Assembly (NCBI GenBank): GCA_035570795.1
Contig: DATMKZ010000044.1
Coordinates: forward strand, 282 to 64,281
Length of the DNA: 64,000 nt
Direction: 5' to 3'
DNA from: Rhizomicrobium sp.
Lineage (GTDB): Bacteria > Pseudomonadota > Alphaproteobacteria > Micropepsales > Micropepsaceae
Shown here: piece after piece, positions 1-8,907 of the stretch
Layout of the letters: each line of letters begins with the position of its first letter
How positions within the stretch are numbered: position 1 is the stretch's first letter
Notes under the pieces: generated by a model
The model's database searches: none
What the model saw: the letters and a program-made list of their open reading frames with translations, nothing else
Told to the model about the DNA's origin: nothing
Program-made: the position numbers and the translations under genes

Positions 1-29
1 CTCTTTTCCTCATCACGCAATGAATGTCA

Positions 30-58
30 TTGACGGGCCGGTGCACTGTAATTATTCA
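30..58 (+). promoter_or_regulatory. Candidate sigma70 promoter (TTGACG-N17-TATTCA)
   Basis: TTGACG at 30-35 and TATTCA at 53-58 in an AT-rich patch upstream of the structured leader. The missing -7 T is common in alphaproteobacteria. Confidence 0.35.
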
Positions 59-80
59 TTGATCAGTGAATTAGTGTTGA

Positions 81-215
81 GATGCTGCCTTGGACCAACG
101 TCCCGCATCGCAGCAAGACGTCACCCACCAGCCGGCACTCTACCCAGGGGTCCGTCCGGTGGCGAAATCCCCCGGCCTGCGCTCCTCCTCGGGTAGGGCC
201 GGGGGATGTTCTTTT
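81..215 (+). ncRNA. Candidate structured leader RNA / small RNA
   Basis: 5' hairpin (TGCTGC 83-88 with GCAGCA 110-115; GGAC 92-95 with GTCC 100-103), an alternative helix 132-150/185-202, and a terminal hairpin with a T-rich tail. No known family recognised. Confidence 0.45.
167..215 (+). terminator. Intrinsic terminator-like hairpin upstream of the sulfatase
   Basis: Perfect 11-bp stem ATCCCCCGGCC (167-177) / GGCCGGGGGAT (197-207) followed by GTTCTTTT. Confidence 0.6.
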
Positions 216-298
216 CCCCAAGAAATCGATCCCCCCCGATTCGGTTGAGCCACCCCTTGCCAGGGTGCAAGCTTGCTCAAATCCGGGACCGCGAAATC

Positions 299-1819
299 AT
301 GCCCCTGAACGTGCTTTTCATCACGGCGGACCAGTGGCGTGCGGAATGCCTTTCCGCGCTGGACCATCCCATGGTCAAAACCCCTCATCTCGATGCCTTG
401 GCACGCGAGGGTGTGCTGTTCGCCAGCCATTTCGCTAATGCCGTCCCCTGCGGGCCTTCGCGGACCTCGCTGCACACCGGCATGTATCTGCAGAACCATC
501 GCTCCGGCACCAACGGGACGCCGCTAGACGCGCGCCATACCAATTGGGCGAAGGAAGCGGCCGCCAGCGGTTACGATCCCGTGCTGTTCGGCTACACCGA
601 CACCAGCCTGGATCCGCGCGAACTCGAAGACGGCGATCCCTGGCTGCGCACATATGAAGGACCGCTGCCGGGCATTCGCCCGCTCGTGATGATGGGCGCA
701 ACGCCTTATCCCTGGACGGACTGGCTGAAAGCGAAGGGCCATACCGTTCCCGAGCCGATTGCGCGGGCTTATTCCTATCGGGCTGACGGGCCGGACTATG
801 AAGACGGCGCGGCCGTACCCAAGCCGCTCGCCTATCCGGCCGAAGCCGATGACACGAATTTCCTGGTCGATCGCTGCATCGATTATATTCGGGACGCCAA
901 AGGCCCGTTCATCGCGCACCTCTCCATCCTGCGGCCGCACCCGCCCTTCATAGCGCCCGAGCCCTACAATGCCCTGTACGACCCGCGCGACGTGCCCGGC
1001 TTTTCGCGGCTGGCGACGCCGGACGCGGAGGCGGCACAGCATCCCTGGCTGGCGCACCAGCTGTCGCGTCGCCAGTTCCGCGCCAGCGCCGACGATCGCA
1101 AAATGCGCCGTCTGAAAGCCGTCTATTACGGGCTGATGAGCGAAGTGGACGCCGCCCTGGGCCGTGTCTTTACATTTCTGAAAGAGAGCGGGCGTTGGGA
1201 CGATACGCTGATCGTCTTCACCTCCGACCATGGCGAGCAGATGGGCGACCACTGGCTGCTCGGCAAATGCGGCTATTTCGACGCCTCGTATCGCATACCG
1301 CTGATCGTGCGCGATCCGCGGCCGGCTGCCGATGGCGGGCGCGGCACTGTCGTCAATCGCTTCACCGAGAACGTCGACATCATGCCGACCATGCTGGAGG
1401 CGATCGGCGCTCGTATCCCGCTGCAGTGCGATGGGTTGTCGCTGCGCCCGTTCCTGGAAGGCACCGGCGCCCCGGCCAACTGGCGCAGCGAAGCACATTG
1501 GGAATTCGACTTCCGCGATCCGGCCGACGACAGCGCCGAACGCAAGCTGGGCCTGACGCTGCACCAATGCACGATGAACGTCGTCCGCGACGAGCGCTTC
1601 AAATATGTTCATTTCACCAAGCTGCCGCCGTTGCTGTTCGATCTGCAGAAGGATCCCGGCGAATTCACCAATTGCGCCGGCGACCCGCACTATTTGGGCA
1701 TCATGCTCGAATACGCCCAGAAGCTCCTCTCCTGGCGCATGAATCACGACGAGCAGGTTTTGACCCATATTTCGCTTACCGGGCGCGGGCCGGTTTCGCG
1801 GCCCGCCCTGCGCTATTGA
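299..1819 (+). CDS. Sulfatase-family enzyme, phosphonate monoester hydrolase/phosphodiesterase type
   Basis: NVLFITADQWR, the formylglycine motif CGPSR (CxPxR), RPHPP, SDHGEQMGDHWLLGK and EFDFRD. ATG 299 preferred because ATG 206 lies in the terminator stem. Confidence 0.85.
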   Translation: MPLNVLFITADQWRAECLSALDHPMVKTPHLDALAREGVLFASHFANAVPCGPSRTSLHTGMYLQNHRSGTNGTPLDARHTNWAKEAAASGYDPVLFGYTDTSLDPRELEDGDPWLRTYEGPLPGIRPLVMMGATPYPWTDWLKAKGHTVPEPIARAYSYRADGPDYEDGAAVPKPLAYPAEADDTNFLVDRCIDYIRDAKGPFIAHLSILRPHPPFIAPEPYNALYDPRDVPGFSRLATPDAEAAQHPWLAHQLSRRQFRASADDRKMRRLKAVYYGLMSEVDAALGRVFTFLKESGRWDDTLIVFTSDHGEQMGDHWLLGKCGYFDASYRIPLIVRDPRPAADGGRGTVVNRFTENVDIMPTMLEAIGARIPLQCDGLSLRPFLEGTGAPANWRSEAHWEFDFRDPADDSAERKLGLTLHQCTMNVVRDERFKYVHFTKLPPLLFDLQKDPGEFTNCAGDPHYLGIMLEYAQKLLSWRMNHDEQVLTHISLTGRGPVSRPALRY

Positions 1820-1862
1820 ACCGCCCCGCGGCCGTCCTATGTTTCCTCCAACAGGGGACCTC

Positions 1863-2741
1863 ATGCTTACCATCCAGAATCTCAGTCACGTCTATCCCAG
1901 GGGCGTGCGCGCCCTGAATTCCGTCAACCTGGAGATTCCGGCCGGCATGTTCGGCCTGCTCGGCCCGAACGGCGCGGGCAAGTCGACGCTGATGCGCTGC
2001 GTCGCGACGCTGCAGACGCCAACCAGCGGCACGATCCGCTTTGGCGACATCGACGTGATCAAGGAGCCCGAGAGGTTGCGCCAGGTCCTCGGATACCTGC
2101 CGCAGGATTTCGGCGTCTATCCGCGGGTCACCGCCTACGACATGCTCGATCATATGGCCGTGCTCAAGGGTGTCACGCGCAGCGGCGAGCGCCGCGAAAC
2201 GGTCGAAGCGTTGCTCAACCAGGTCAATCTGTGGGCCGTGCGCAAGAAATCCATCGCGGGGTTTTCGGGCGGCATGCGCCAGCGCTTCGGCATCGCCCAG
2301 GCGCTGATCGGCCGCCCCTCGCTCCTGATCGTCGACGAGCCGACGGCGGGCCTCGATCCGGAAGAGCGCAACCGTTTCCTCAATCTGCTTTCGGAAGTCG
2401 GCGAGCAGATCGTGGTGATCCTGTCCACGCACATCGTGGACGATGTCTCCGATCTGTGCCCGCGCATGGCGATTATCGCCGACGGCAGGATCGTCGGCGC
2501 GGGCGCGCCGGATGCGCTCACCCGAGCCCTCAAGGGGCGCATTTGGAAAAAAGCCGCGGGCAAAGGCGAGCTGGAATCCTATCGCCAGAAATACAACGTC
2601 ATTTCGACCCGTCTGGTCAGCGGCCACACCGTCGTCCACATCCTTTCGGACACCGACCCGGGGAATGGCTTCGCCGCGGTCGAAGCGGGCCTGGAAGACG
2701 TCTATTTCTCCACCCTGATCAGCGCGCGCCAGGCGGCCTAG
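1863..2741 (+). CDS. ABC transporter ATP-binding protein
   Basis: Walker A GPNGAGKST, signature FSGGMRQR, Walker B LIVDEP, H-loop STH. Confidence 0.95.
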   Translation: MLTIQNLSHVYPRGVRALNSVNLEIPAGMFGLLGPNGAGKSTLMRCVATLQTPTSGTIRFGDIDVIKEPERLRQVLGYLPQDFGVYPRVTAYDMLDHMAVLKGVTRSGERRETVEALLNQVNLWAVRKKSIAGFSGGMRQRFGIAQALIGRPSLLIVDEPTAGLDPEERNRFLNLLSEVGEQIVVILSTHIVDDVSDLCPRMAIIADGRIVGAGAPDALTRALKGRIWKKAAGKGELESYRQKYNVISTRLVSGHTVVHILSDTDPGNGFAAVEAGLEDVYFSTLISARQAA

Positions 2742-2744
2742 GAG

Positions 2745-5700
2745 ATGTTCGGGAAAATCGCCGCCTTCGAATTTCGCTACCAGATGCGCTCGCCCGTCTT
2801 CTGGGTGTCCGCCGGCATCTTTTTCCTGCTGACGTTCGCCGCAACAACGGTCAGCCAGGTTTCCGTCGGCTCGATCGGCGGCACGTTCAAGAATTCGCCC
2901 TACGCGATACTGATCGTGCTGGGCACGATGGACGTGTTCTTCATCTTTGCCTTGATAGCGTTCGTGGCGAACATCGTGGTGCGCGACGACGAGACCGGTT
3001 ACGGCCCTATCATACGTTCGACCCGAATCACCAAGTTCGACTACCTGTTCGGCCGTTTCACCGGTGCGTTCGGCGCGGGCATGCTGATGGCCGTCGCCAT
3101 GCCGCTGGGCATCCTCATCGGCTCCTTCATGCCCTGGGTCGATCCGGTGCGGATGGGCCCGTTCCATCCCGAGCACTATTTCTACGCCTATTTCGTCCTG
3201 ATGTTTCCCACCCTGTTCGTTCTCGGCGCGGCCTTCTTTGCGCTCGCGACCGCCACGCGGTCCATGATGGCCACCTATGTCGGGGCCGTCGGCTTTCTCA
3301 TCCTCTTCCTCGTCCTGACGGTGCTTTTTCAGAAGCCGCAATACGATCACATCGTCGGGCTGCTCGAACCCTTCGGTTTCGGTGCGGTCGAGGAAATCAC
3401 CAAGTATTGGACGACCTCGGATCGCAATACGATGCTGCCGCCGCTGGCCGACGTGCTGCTCTACAACCGCGCGATCTGGTTCAGCCTGACCTTCGTTCTG
3501 CTGGCCATTGCGTATTTCACCTTCCGCTTCGAGACCCGCGGTGCCCGCAGCGCCGCGCCGGAGAAGAAGGATGCCGCGATCGTGCGGGCGCGCAGCGGCC
3601 CGCTGCCGGCGCCGCATTTCGATGCCGCCAGCCTGCGCGTCATGTCCTGGACGTGGACGCGCTTCGAAATGGGGCAGGTTTTCAAGAGCCCGGCGTTCTT
3701 CATCCTGCTGGCGCTGGGCCTGCTCAACGCGTTCGGCAGCCTCGCCTTCGCCAATGAGCGTTCCGACTATATCGTGCTGCCGGTCACCAACCTTATGATC
3801 GACGCGCTCAACGGCGCCTTCACGTTCATTCCGCTGATCGTCGCGATCTACTATGCCGGCGAGCTCGTCTGGCGGGAACGCGACCGGCGCACGCACGAAG
3901 TGTTCGATGCCACGCCGGTTCCGGACTGGGCGTTCGTCGTGCCGAAGATCGCGGCCATCGCGCTGGTGCTGACAATCATGCTCGCGATTTCCGTGTTCGC
4001 CGCGGTGATCGTGCAGGTGTTCCGGGGCTATTTCAATTTCGAGTGGCTGCACTACCTCGATTGGTACGTGGTGCCCAACGCGATCGAAGTGATCGAGATC
4101 GCGGCCCTGGCGATCTTCGTCCAGGCGGTCTCGCCGCACAAATTCGTCGGCTGGGGCGTGATGGCGCTGGTCATCGTCGCGCTCATCGCCTTTGGCAACA
4201 TCGGCTGGGAACATCACCTGTATCTCTTCGGCCGCACGAGCCAGGTGCCGCTGTCCGACATGAACGCGCAAGGCACGTTCTGGATCGGCCGCGCGTGGTT
4301 CCAGGTCTATTGGCTGGCCTTCTCGCTGATGCTGTCGATTCTGGCTTACGGGCTCTGGCGCCGAGGGACCGAGACACGCCTCAGGCCGCGCCTGATGCGT
4401 CTGCCGCGGCGGATGCGGGGTTTTGCCGGCGTGCTGATGGCGTTCGCCGTCGTCGTCTGGGTGGGCGCGGGCGCCTATATCTACTACAACACCAATGTTC
4501 TCAACGAGTATCGCACCACGGTCGCCGACGAAGCCTTCGCCGCCGACTACGAGCGCGCGCTCTACAAATTCCACACCTTGCCGATGCCGCATGTCACGGA
4601 CGTCGTCCTGAACGTCGCGATCTATCCGCACGATCCGTGCATCGTCACTGTTGGCCGCTACGCGATCGTCAACAAGACCGCCAAGCCGCTGACCCAGGTG
4701 CATGTCCGCTGGCCGCGCGAACTGCATATGGAGCAGCTCGCCGTGCAGGGCGCGCATGTGCAGCAGCGTTTCGACCGCTTCAACTATGTGATCTATGTCT
4801 TCGATACGCCTCTGCAACCCGGTGCGAAGAGCGAGGTCGCGTTTCGCACCGTGTGGGAACAGAAAGGCTTCAAGAACAGCAACAACCTGACGCGCATCGT
4901 CGACAATGGCACCTTCGTCAACAATCTGGAGATCGCGCCGTCGCTTGGCATGGATCAGACCAGTTTGCTGCGCGACCTGGTCAAGCGGCGGCGTCAGCAC
5001 CTTGTGGGCGATCTGCGGCCGCCCAAACTGGAAGACGGCGCGGCGCGCATGATGGGTCCGTTCGTCGACTCCGACTGGGTGAATTCCGACATCACGGTTT
5101 CCACGGTCGCCGACCAGACGCCGATTGCACCGGGCTACCGCGTCTCGGAAACCGTGGCCGACGGCCGCCGTACCGTGCGGTTCAGGTCCGACGCACCGAT
5201 CCTCGATTTCTTCTCCGTCCAGTCGGCGGCCTACGCCCAGAAACACGCCAAATGGCATGATGTCGACCTGACCGTCTATTACGATCCGCATCACCCTTTC
5301 GAGATCGACCGCATGCTGTCGTCGATGAAGGCATCGCTCGACGTCTACAGCAAGGCGTTCGGCCCTTATCAGTTCCGCCAGGCCCGCATTCTGGAATTTC
5401 CCGGTTATGCAAATTTCGCGCAGTCCTTCGCCAATACGATCCCCTATTCGGAGAATCTCGGGTTCATTCAGGACGACAGCGCCATTCGCGCCGACACCGA
5501 CAAGATCGATCTCGTCACCTTCGTGACCGCGCACGAGCTCGGGCATCAATGGTGGGGTCATCAGCTGACCTCCGCCAACATGCAGGGCGGCACGATGCTG
5601 GTGGAGACGATGGCGCAGTATTCGGCGATGCTGGTGATGGAGCATCTCTATGGCCCCGAGCACGTCCGCAAATTCCTCAAGGCCGAACTCGACTCCTATC

Positions 5701-6329
5701 TGCGCAATCGCGGCAGCGAAGAAGTGGAGGAACTGCCGCTCGACCGGGTCGAGGACCAGGGCTACATCCACTACCGCAAGGGCGCGGTCATCATGTACCG
5801 GCTGAAGCAGACCATCGGCGAGGCGGCCATCGACCGCGCGCTTCGCCGGATGCTCGCGACATACGCTTTCAGAGGCCCGCCCTATCCATCGACACTCGAC
5901 TTCCTGAAGGTGCTGCGCCAGGAGGCGGGGCCGCAATATGACGCGCTGATCACCGACCTGTTCGACAAGATCACGCTCTATGATCTGAAAGCCCAAAGCG
6001 TGGTCTGGAGCAAGCGGCATGACGGGCGCTTCGACGTGGCGCTCACCGTCGAGGCGCATAAATACTATGCCGACGGCAAGGGCGCGCAGACCGAGGCCCG
6101 GATGGACGAGCCGGTCGATATCGGCCTGTTCCTCGCCCGGCCCGGAGACGCCGATTTCGGCAAGGACAAGATCCTGCGCCTGGCGCCGATGCATATCGGC
6201 TCCGGCACGCAGGTGCTCCACTTCGTGACGGCCGTGGCGCCGAAATTCGCCGGCATCGATCCCTACAATGAGTGGATCGACCGCAATTCGGACGACAATG
6301 TCGTTGCGGCAAGTTCCGGCAGCGGCTGA
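2745..6329 (+). CDS. ABC-2-type permease fused to an M1-family zinc aminopeptidase domain
   Basis: About 580 aa of multi-pass hydrophobic sequence (two permease repeats), then a soluble domain with HELGHQWWG (HExxH), a downstream E and YIHYRKG. Confidence 0.9.
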   Translation: MFGKIAAFEFRYQMRSPVFWVSAGIFFLLTFAATTVSQVSVGSIGGTFKNSPYAILIVLGTMDVFFIFALIAFVANIVVRDDETGYGPIIRSTRITKFDYLFGRFTGAFGAGMLMAVAMPLGILIGSFMPWVDPVRMGPFHPEHYFYAYFVLMFPTLFVLGAAFFALATATRSMMATYVGAVGFLILFLVLTVLFQKPQYDHIVGLLEPFGFGAVEEITKYWTTSDRNTMLPPLADVLLYNRAIWFSLTFVLLAIAYFTFRFETRGARSAAPEKKDAAIVRARSGPLPAPHFDAASLRVMSWTWTRFEMGQVFKSPAFFILLALGLLNAFGSLAFANERSDYIVLPVTNLMIDALNGAFTFIPLIVAIYYAGELVWRERDRRTHEVFDATPVPDWAFVVPKIAAIALVLTIMLAISVFAAVIVQVFRGYFNFEWLHYLDWYVVPNAIEVIEIAALAIFVQAVSPHKFVGWGVMALVIVALIAFGNIGWEHHLYLFGRTSQVPLSDMNAQGTFWIGRAWFQVYWLAFSLMLSILAYGLWRRGTETRLRPRLMRLPRRMRGFAGVLMAFAVVVWVGAGAYIYYNTNVLNEYRTTVADEAFAADYERALYKFHTLPMPHVTDVVLNVAIYPHDPCIVTVGRYAIVNKTAKPLTQVHVRWPRELHMEQLAVQGAHVQQRFDRFNYVIYVFDTPLQPGAKSEVAFRTVWEQKGFKNSNNLTRIVDNGTFVNNLEIAPSLGMDQTSLLRDLVKRRRQHLVGDLRPPKLEDGAARMMGPFVDSDWVNSDITVSTVADQTPIAPGYRVSETVADGRRTVRFRSDAPILDFFSVQSAAYAQKHAKWHDVDLTVYYDPHHPFEIDRMLSSMKASLDVYSKAFGPYQFRQARILEFPGYANFAQSFANTIPYSENLGFIQDDSAIRADTDKIDLVTFVTAHELGHQWWGHQLTSANMQGGTMLVETMAQYSAMLVMEHLYGPEHVRKFLKAELDSYLRNRGSEEVEELPLDRVEDQGYIHYRKGAVIMYRLKQTIGEAAIDRALRRMLATYAFRGPPYPSTLDFLKVLRQEAGPQYDALITDLFDKITLYDLKAQSVVWSKRHDGRFDVALTVEAHKYYADGKGAQTEARMDEPVDIGLFLARPGDADFGKDKILRLAPMHIGSGTQVLHFVTAVAPKFAGIDPYNEWIDRNSDDNVVAASSGSG

Positions 6330-6386
6330 AGGCTGGCGCGGCGCGGGGATTTGGTCTAGCAAAAACCCTGTAAACGCGGAGCTCGC

Positions 6387-7061
6387 TTGGATTCGCTCGA
6401 TCACATCGACGGCGTATTGCCGGTCAACCAGGCGCGCAGCCGCGACGCGCGCGACCGGCTGCTGGCCGCGGGCGAACGCGTCTTCGCCAGGGTCGGCTAC
6501 GACGCTGCGCATGTGAACGACATCGCGCTGGCCGCCGGCTGCTCGGTCGGCAGCTTCTACCGACGCTTCCGCGACAAGGAGGCCTTCTTCAAGGCGCTGC
6601 ACCACAGATTCACCGAGCGCAACCTCGACAACGCGGCGCGCTTCTTCGCGCTGCCGCAATGGCAAGACCAGCCGACTTCAGTGATGGTGCGGACGCTGAT
6701 CGAGAACACCGCGCACATCATGCGCCGCAATCACGGCGTCTTCCGCGCCCTGTTCCAGCGCTCGCTGGCGGGCGCGGGCGCGGATTATTGGCCGAGCATG
6801 CGGGCCGGCACGGCGCGGCAGGGCCATCTGCTTGCCGAATTTCTCGTCGCGCGCGGCGAAGGTACCCACGAGAACCTGGTGGATGCCTGCACGTTCGCAT
6901 TGCGCTCGGTCGACGGGGCGTTGGTCAACCGCATGCTCAACGACGGCCCCTACCTGGACGAGGATTTCGTCGTCGACTCGCTTTCGCGCATGGCGCTGTC
7001 GTTCCTGGGCGTCGAGGATCACGCCGCCTCGCTCGCCAAGAAGCCGGCCAGGCGCAGGTGA
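6387..7061 (+). CDS. TetR/AcrR family transcriptional regulator
   Basis: N-terminal HTH RDRLLAAGERVFARVGYDAAHVNDIALAAGCSVGSFYRRFRDKE. TTG start. Confidence 0.9.
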   Translation: MDSLDHIDGVLPVNQARSRDARDRLLAAGERVFARVGYDAAHVNDIALAAGCSVGSFYRRFRDKEAFFKALHHRFTERNLDNAARFFALPQWQDQPTSVMVRTLIENTAHIMRRNHGVFRALFQRSLAGAGADYWPSMRAGTARQGHLLAEFLVARGEGTHENLVDACTFALRSVDGALVNRMLNDGPYLDEDFVVDSLSRMALSFLGVEDHAASLAKKPARRR

Positions 7062-8059
7062 CGCGGGCGGACGGGCTTGCGGCTGCGTTGATCGCCGCAG
7101 TCGCGCTGGTCTGCCTCGGCGGCGCGTTTTTCGGAACGCGGGGCGACGTCGTGCCGATCAATTTGGCGGCACGCTGTCTCGATCCGGCGGCACCGGCGCC
7201 GCATCAAGGCATGGTGTGGATTCCGGCCGGCGGATACGAAGCCGGCGACACGATCTATCCCGAGGAGGGACCGGTGACGCGGGCGCGGGTCGGCGGCTTC
7301 TGGATGGATCGGCACGAGGTCAGCAACGGTGAATTTGCGACCTTCGTCGCCGCAACCGGCTACATCACGCAGGCCGAACGGGCTCTCGATCCGGCGACCC
7401 ATCCGGGTTTGCCGCCGGACATGCTGCGGCCCGGCGCCGTCGTGTTCTTCATGCCCAAGCAGGTCCAAGGCATGGCGGACATCTCGCAGTGGTGGCGCTT
7501 CGTGCCGGGCGCCAACTGGCGACATCCGGCCGGTCCGCAGAGTTCGATCGTCGGGCGCGCGAACTATCCCGTCGTCGAGGTGACGCATGACGATGCGCTC
7601 GCCTATGCGCGCTGGAGAGGACGCGACCTGCCGAGCGAGGCCGAATGGGAGTGGGCGGCGCGCGCCGGCGATGCCAAAGCCGGCGACGACCATGACCAGC
7701 CCGGAAACGCCAACACCTGGCAGGGCATATTTCCCGTGCTTAACAGCGGCGCAGACGGCTTCGTCGGGCTGGCGCCGGCGGGCTGCTACGCGGCCAACGC
7801 TTATGGGCTCTACGACATGATCGGCAATGTCTGGGAGATGACCGACGATGTCTATCGTCCGCGCCGGGGCGAGGCGCCGGCGCCGGACGCGATGCCGGCG
7901 ATGGGCGAGGAGCGGCGCTATGTGATCAAGGGCGGCTCGTTCCTCTGCGCGCCCAATTACTGCATGCGCTACCGGTCAGGCTCGCGCGAGGGGCAGGAGG
8001 CCGACCTCGCGGCGAGCCATCTGGGCTTTCGCACGATCCTGCGCCGCGGCACGCCTTAG
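7058..8059 (+). CDS. Formylglycine-generating enzyme (FGE/SUMF1 family)
   Basis: GTG start overlaps the TetR stop (GTGA). Motifs MDRHEVSN, PVVEVTHDDA, LPSEAEWEWAAR, GLYDMIGNVWE and GGSFLCAPNYCMRYR with both catalytic Cys. Confidence 0.9.
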   Translation: MTRADGLAAALIAAVALVCLGGAFFGTRGDVVPINLAARCLDPAAPAPHQGMVWIPAGGYEAGDTIYPEEGPVTRARVGGFWMDRHEVSNGEFATFVAATGYITQAERALDPATHPGLPPDMLRPGAVVFFMPKQVQGMADISQWWRFVPGANWRHPAGPQSSIVGRANYPVVEVTHDDALAYARWRGRDLPSEAEWEWAARAGDAKAGDDHDQPGNANTWQGIFPVLNSGADGFVGLAPAGCYAANAYGLYDMIGNVWEMTDDVYRPRRGEAPAPDAMPAMGEERRYVIKGGSFLCAPNYCMRYRSGSREGQEADLAASHLGFRTILRRGTP

Positions 8060-8907
8060 GGCTCCGCGATCATCTTCGCCTCGATGGCGCCGATCCGGTC
8101 GATCTCGACGCGCACCGTGTCGCCGGGTTTGAGGAATTGCGGCGGCTTCATCGACTGGCCGACGCCGCCCGGCGTGCCGGTGAACACCATGTCGCCGGGC
8201 TCCAGCGTCATGGCCTGGCTGAGATAGGCGATCTGGTCGAAGCAGTTGAAGACAAGATTTTTGGTGTTGGAGTTCTGCTTCACCGTGCCGTTGACGAGGC
8301 AGCGAATACCCAGCGCGTGCGGATCGCCGACCTCGTCGGCGGTCACGATCCACGGCCCGATCGGCGCATGGGTGTCGAAGGACTTTCCGACCAGCCATTG
8401 CGGCGTATGGAACTGCCAGTCGCGCACGCTGATATCGTTGCCACAGGCATAGCCGAAGATGACGTCCTGCGCCCGCTCCTTGGGCACGTGACGGCAGCGC
8501 CTGCCGATGACGAAGACCAGCTCGGCTTCCCAGTCGATGGCCTTCGACGCCTTGGGCACCTGGATCGGATCGTGCGGTCCATTGACGGCATTGCCGAGCT
8601 TGGCGAACCAGATCTGCTTTTCCGGCGTCTGGGCGCCGCTCTCGGCGATATGGTCGGCATAGTTGAGGCCGATGGCCATGACTTTCTGCGGCCGCGGCAC
8701 GGGCGCGCAGAGATGCACGTCGCCGAGCAGGAAGCGCGGCTTCTCTTCCGCGACGATGCGCAAGACCTTTTCCCGGAGCTCGGGCCAGCGCGCGATCAGC
8801 TCGATCATGTTGCGGGCGAGATGGCGGTCGGAGAGGTCGATGAGGCCGCCGTCCTCGACCGCGCCGATATGCTCGATGCCGTCCACCTTGAAAGTCGCGA
8901 GTTTCAT
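8056..8907 (-). CDS. Fumarylacetoacetate hydrolase family protein
   Basis: KVMAIGLNYADH, DWEAELVFVIG, GNDISVRDWQ, GKSFDT and FTGTPGGVG. Start at MKLATF, coupled to the upstream TauD stop. Confidence 0.9.
   Translation of the reverse strand: MKLATFKVDGIEHIGAVEDGGLIDLSDRHLARNMIELIARWPELREKVLRIVAEEKPRFLLGDVHLCAPVPRPQKVMAIGLNYADHIAESGAQTPEKQIWFAKLGNAVNGPHDPIQVPKASKAIDWEAELVFVIGRRCRHVPKERAQDVIFGYACGNDISVRDWQFHTPQWLVGKSFDTHAPIGPWIVTADEVGDPHALGIRCLVNGTVKQNSNTKNLVFNCFDQIAYLSQAMTLEPGDMVFTGTPGGVGQSMKPPQFLKPGDTVRVEIDRIGAIEAKMIAEP

Noticed and set aside
206-298. Longer N-termini offered by the ORF track (206; also 6659, 9381, 13501, 25185, 27934, 41628, 50746)
   Set aside because: The extensions overlap other genes or RNA structure and lack family similarity; downstream starts fit better.
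1776-6665. 1629-aa minus-strand ORF
   Set aside because: Antisense shadow of the ABC genes, caused by high-GC codon bias; no motifs.
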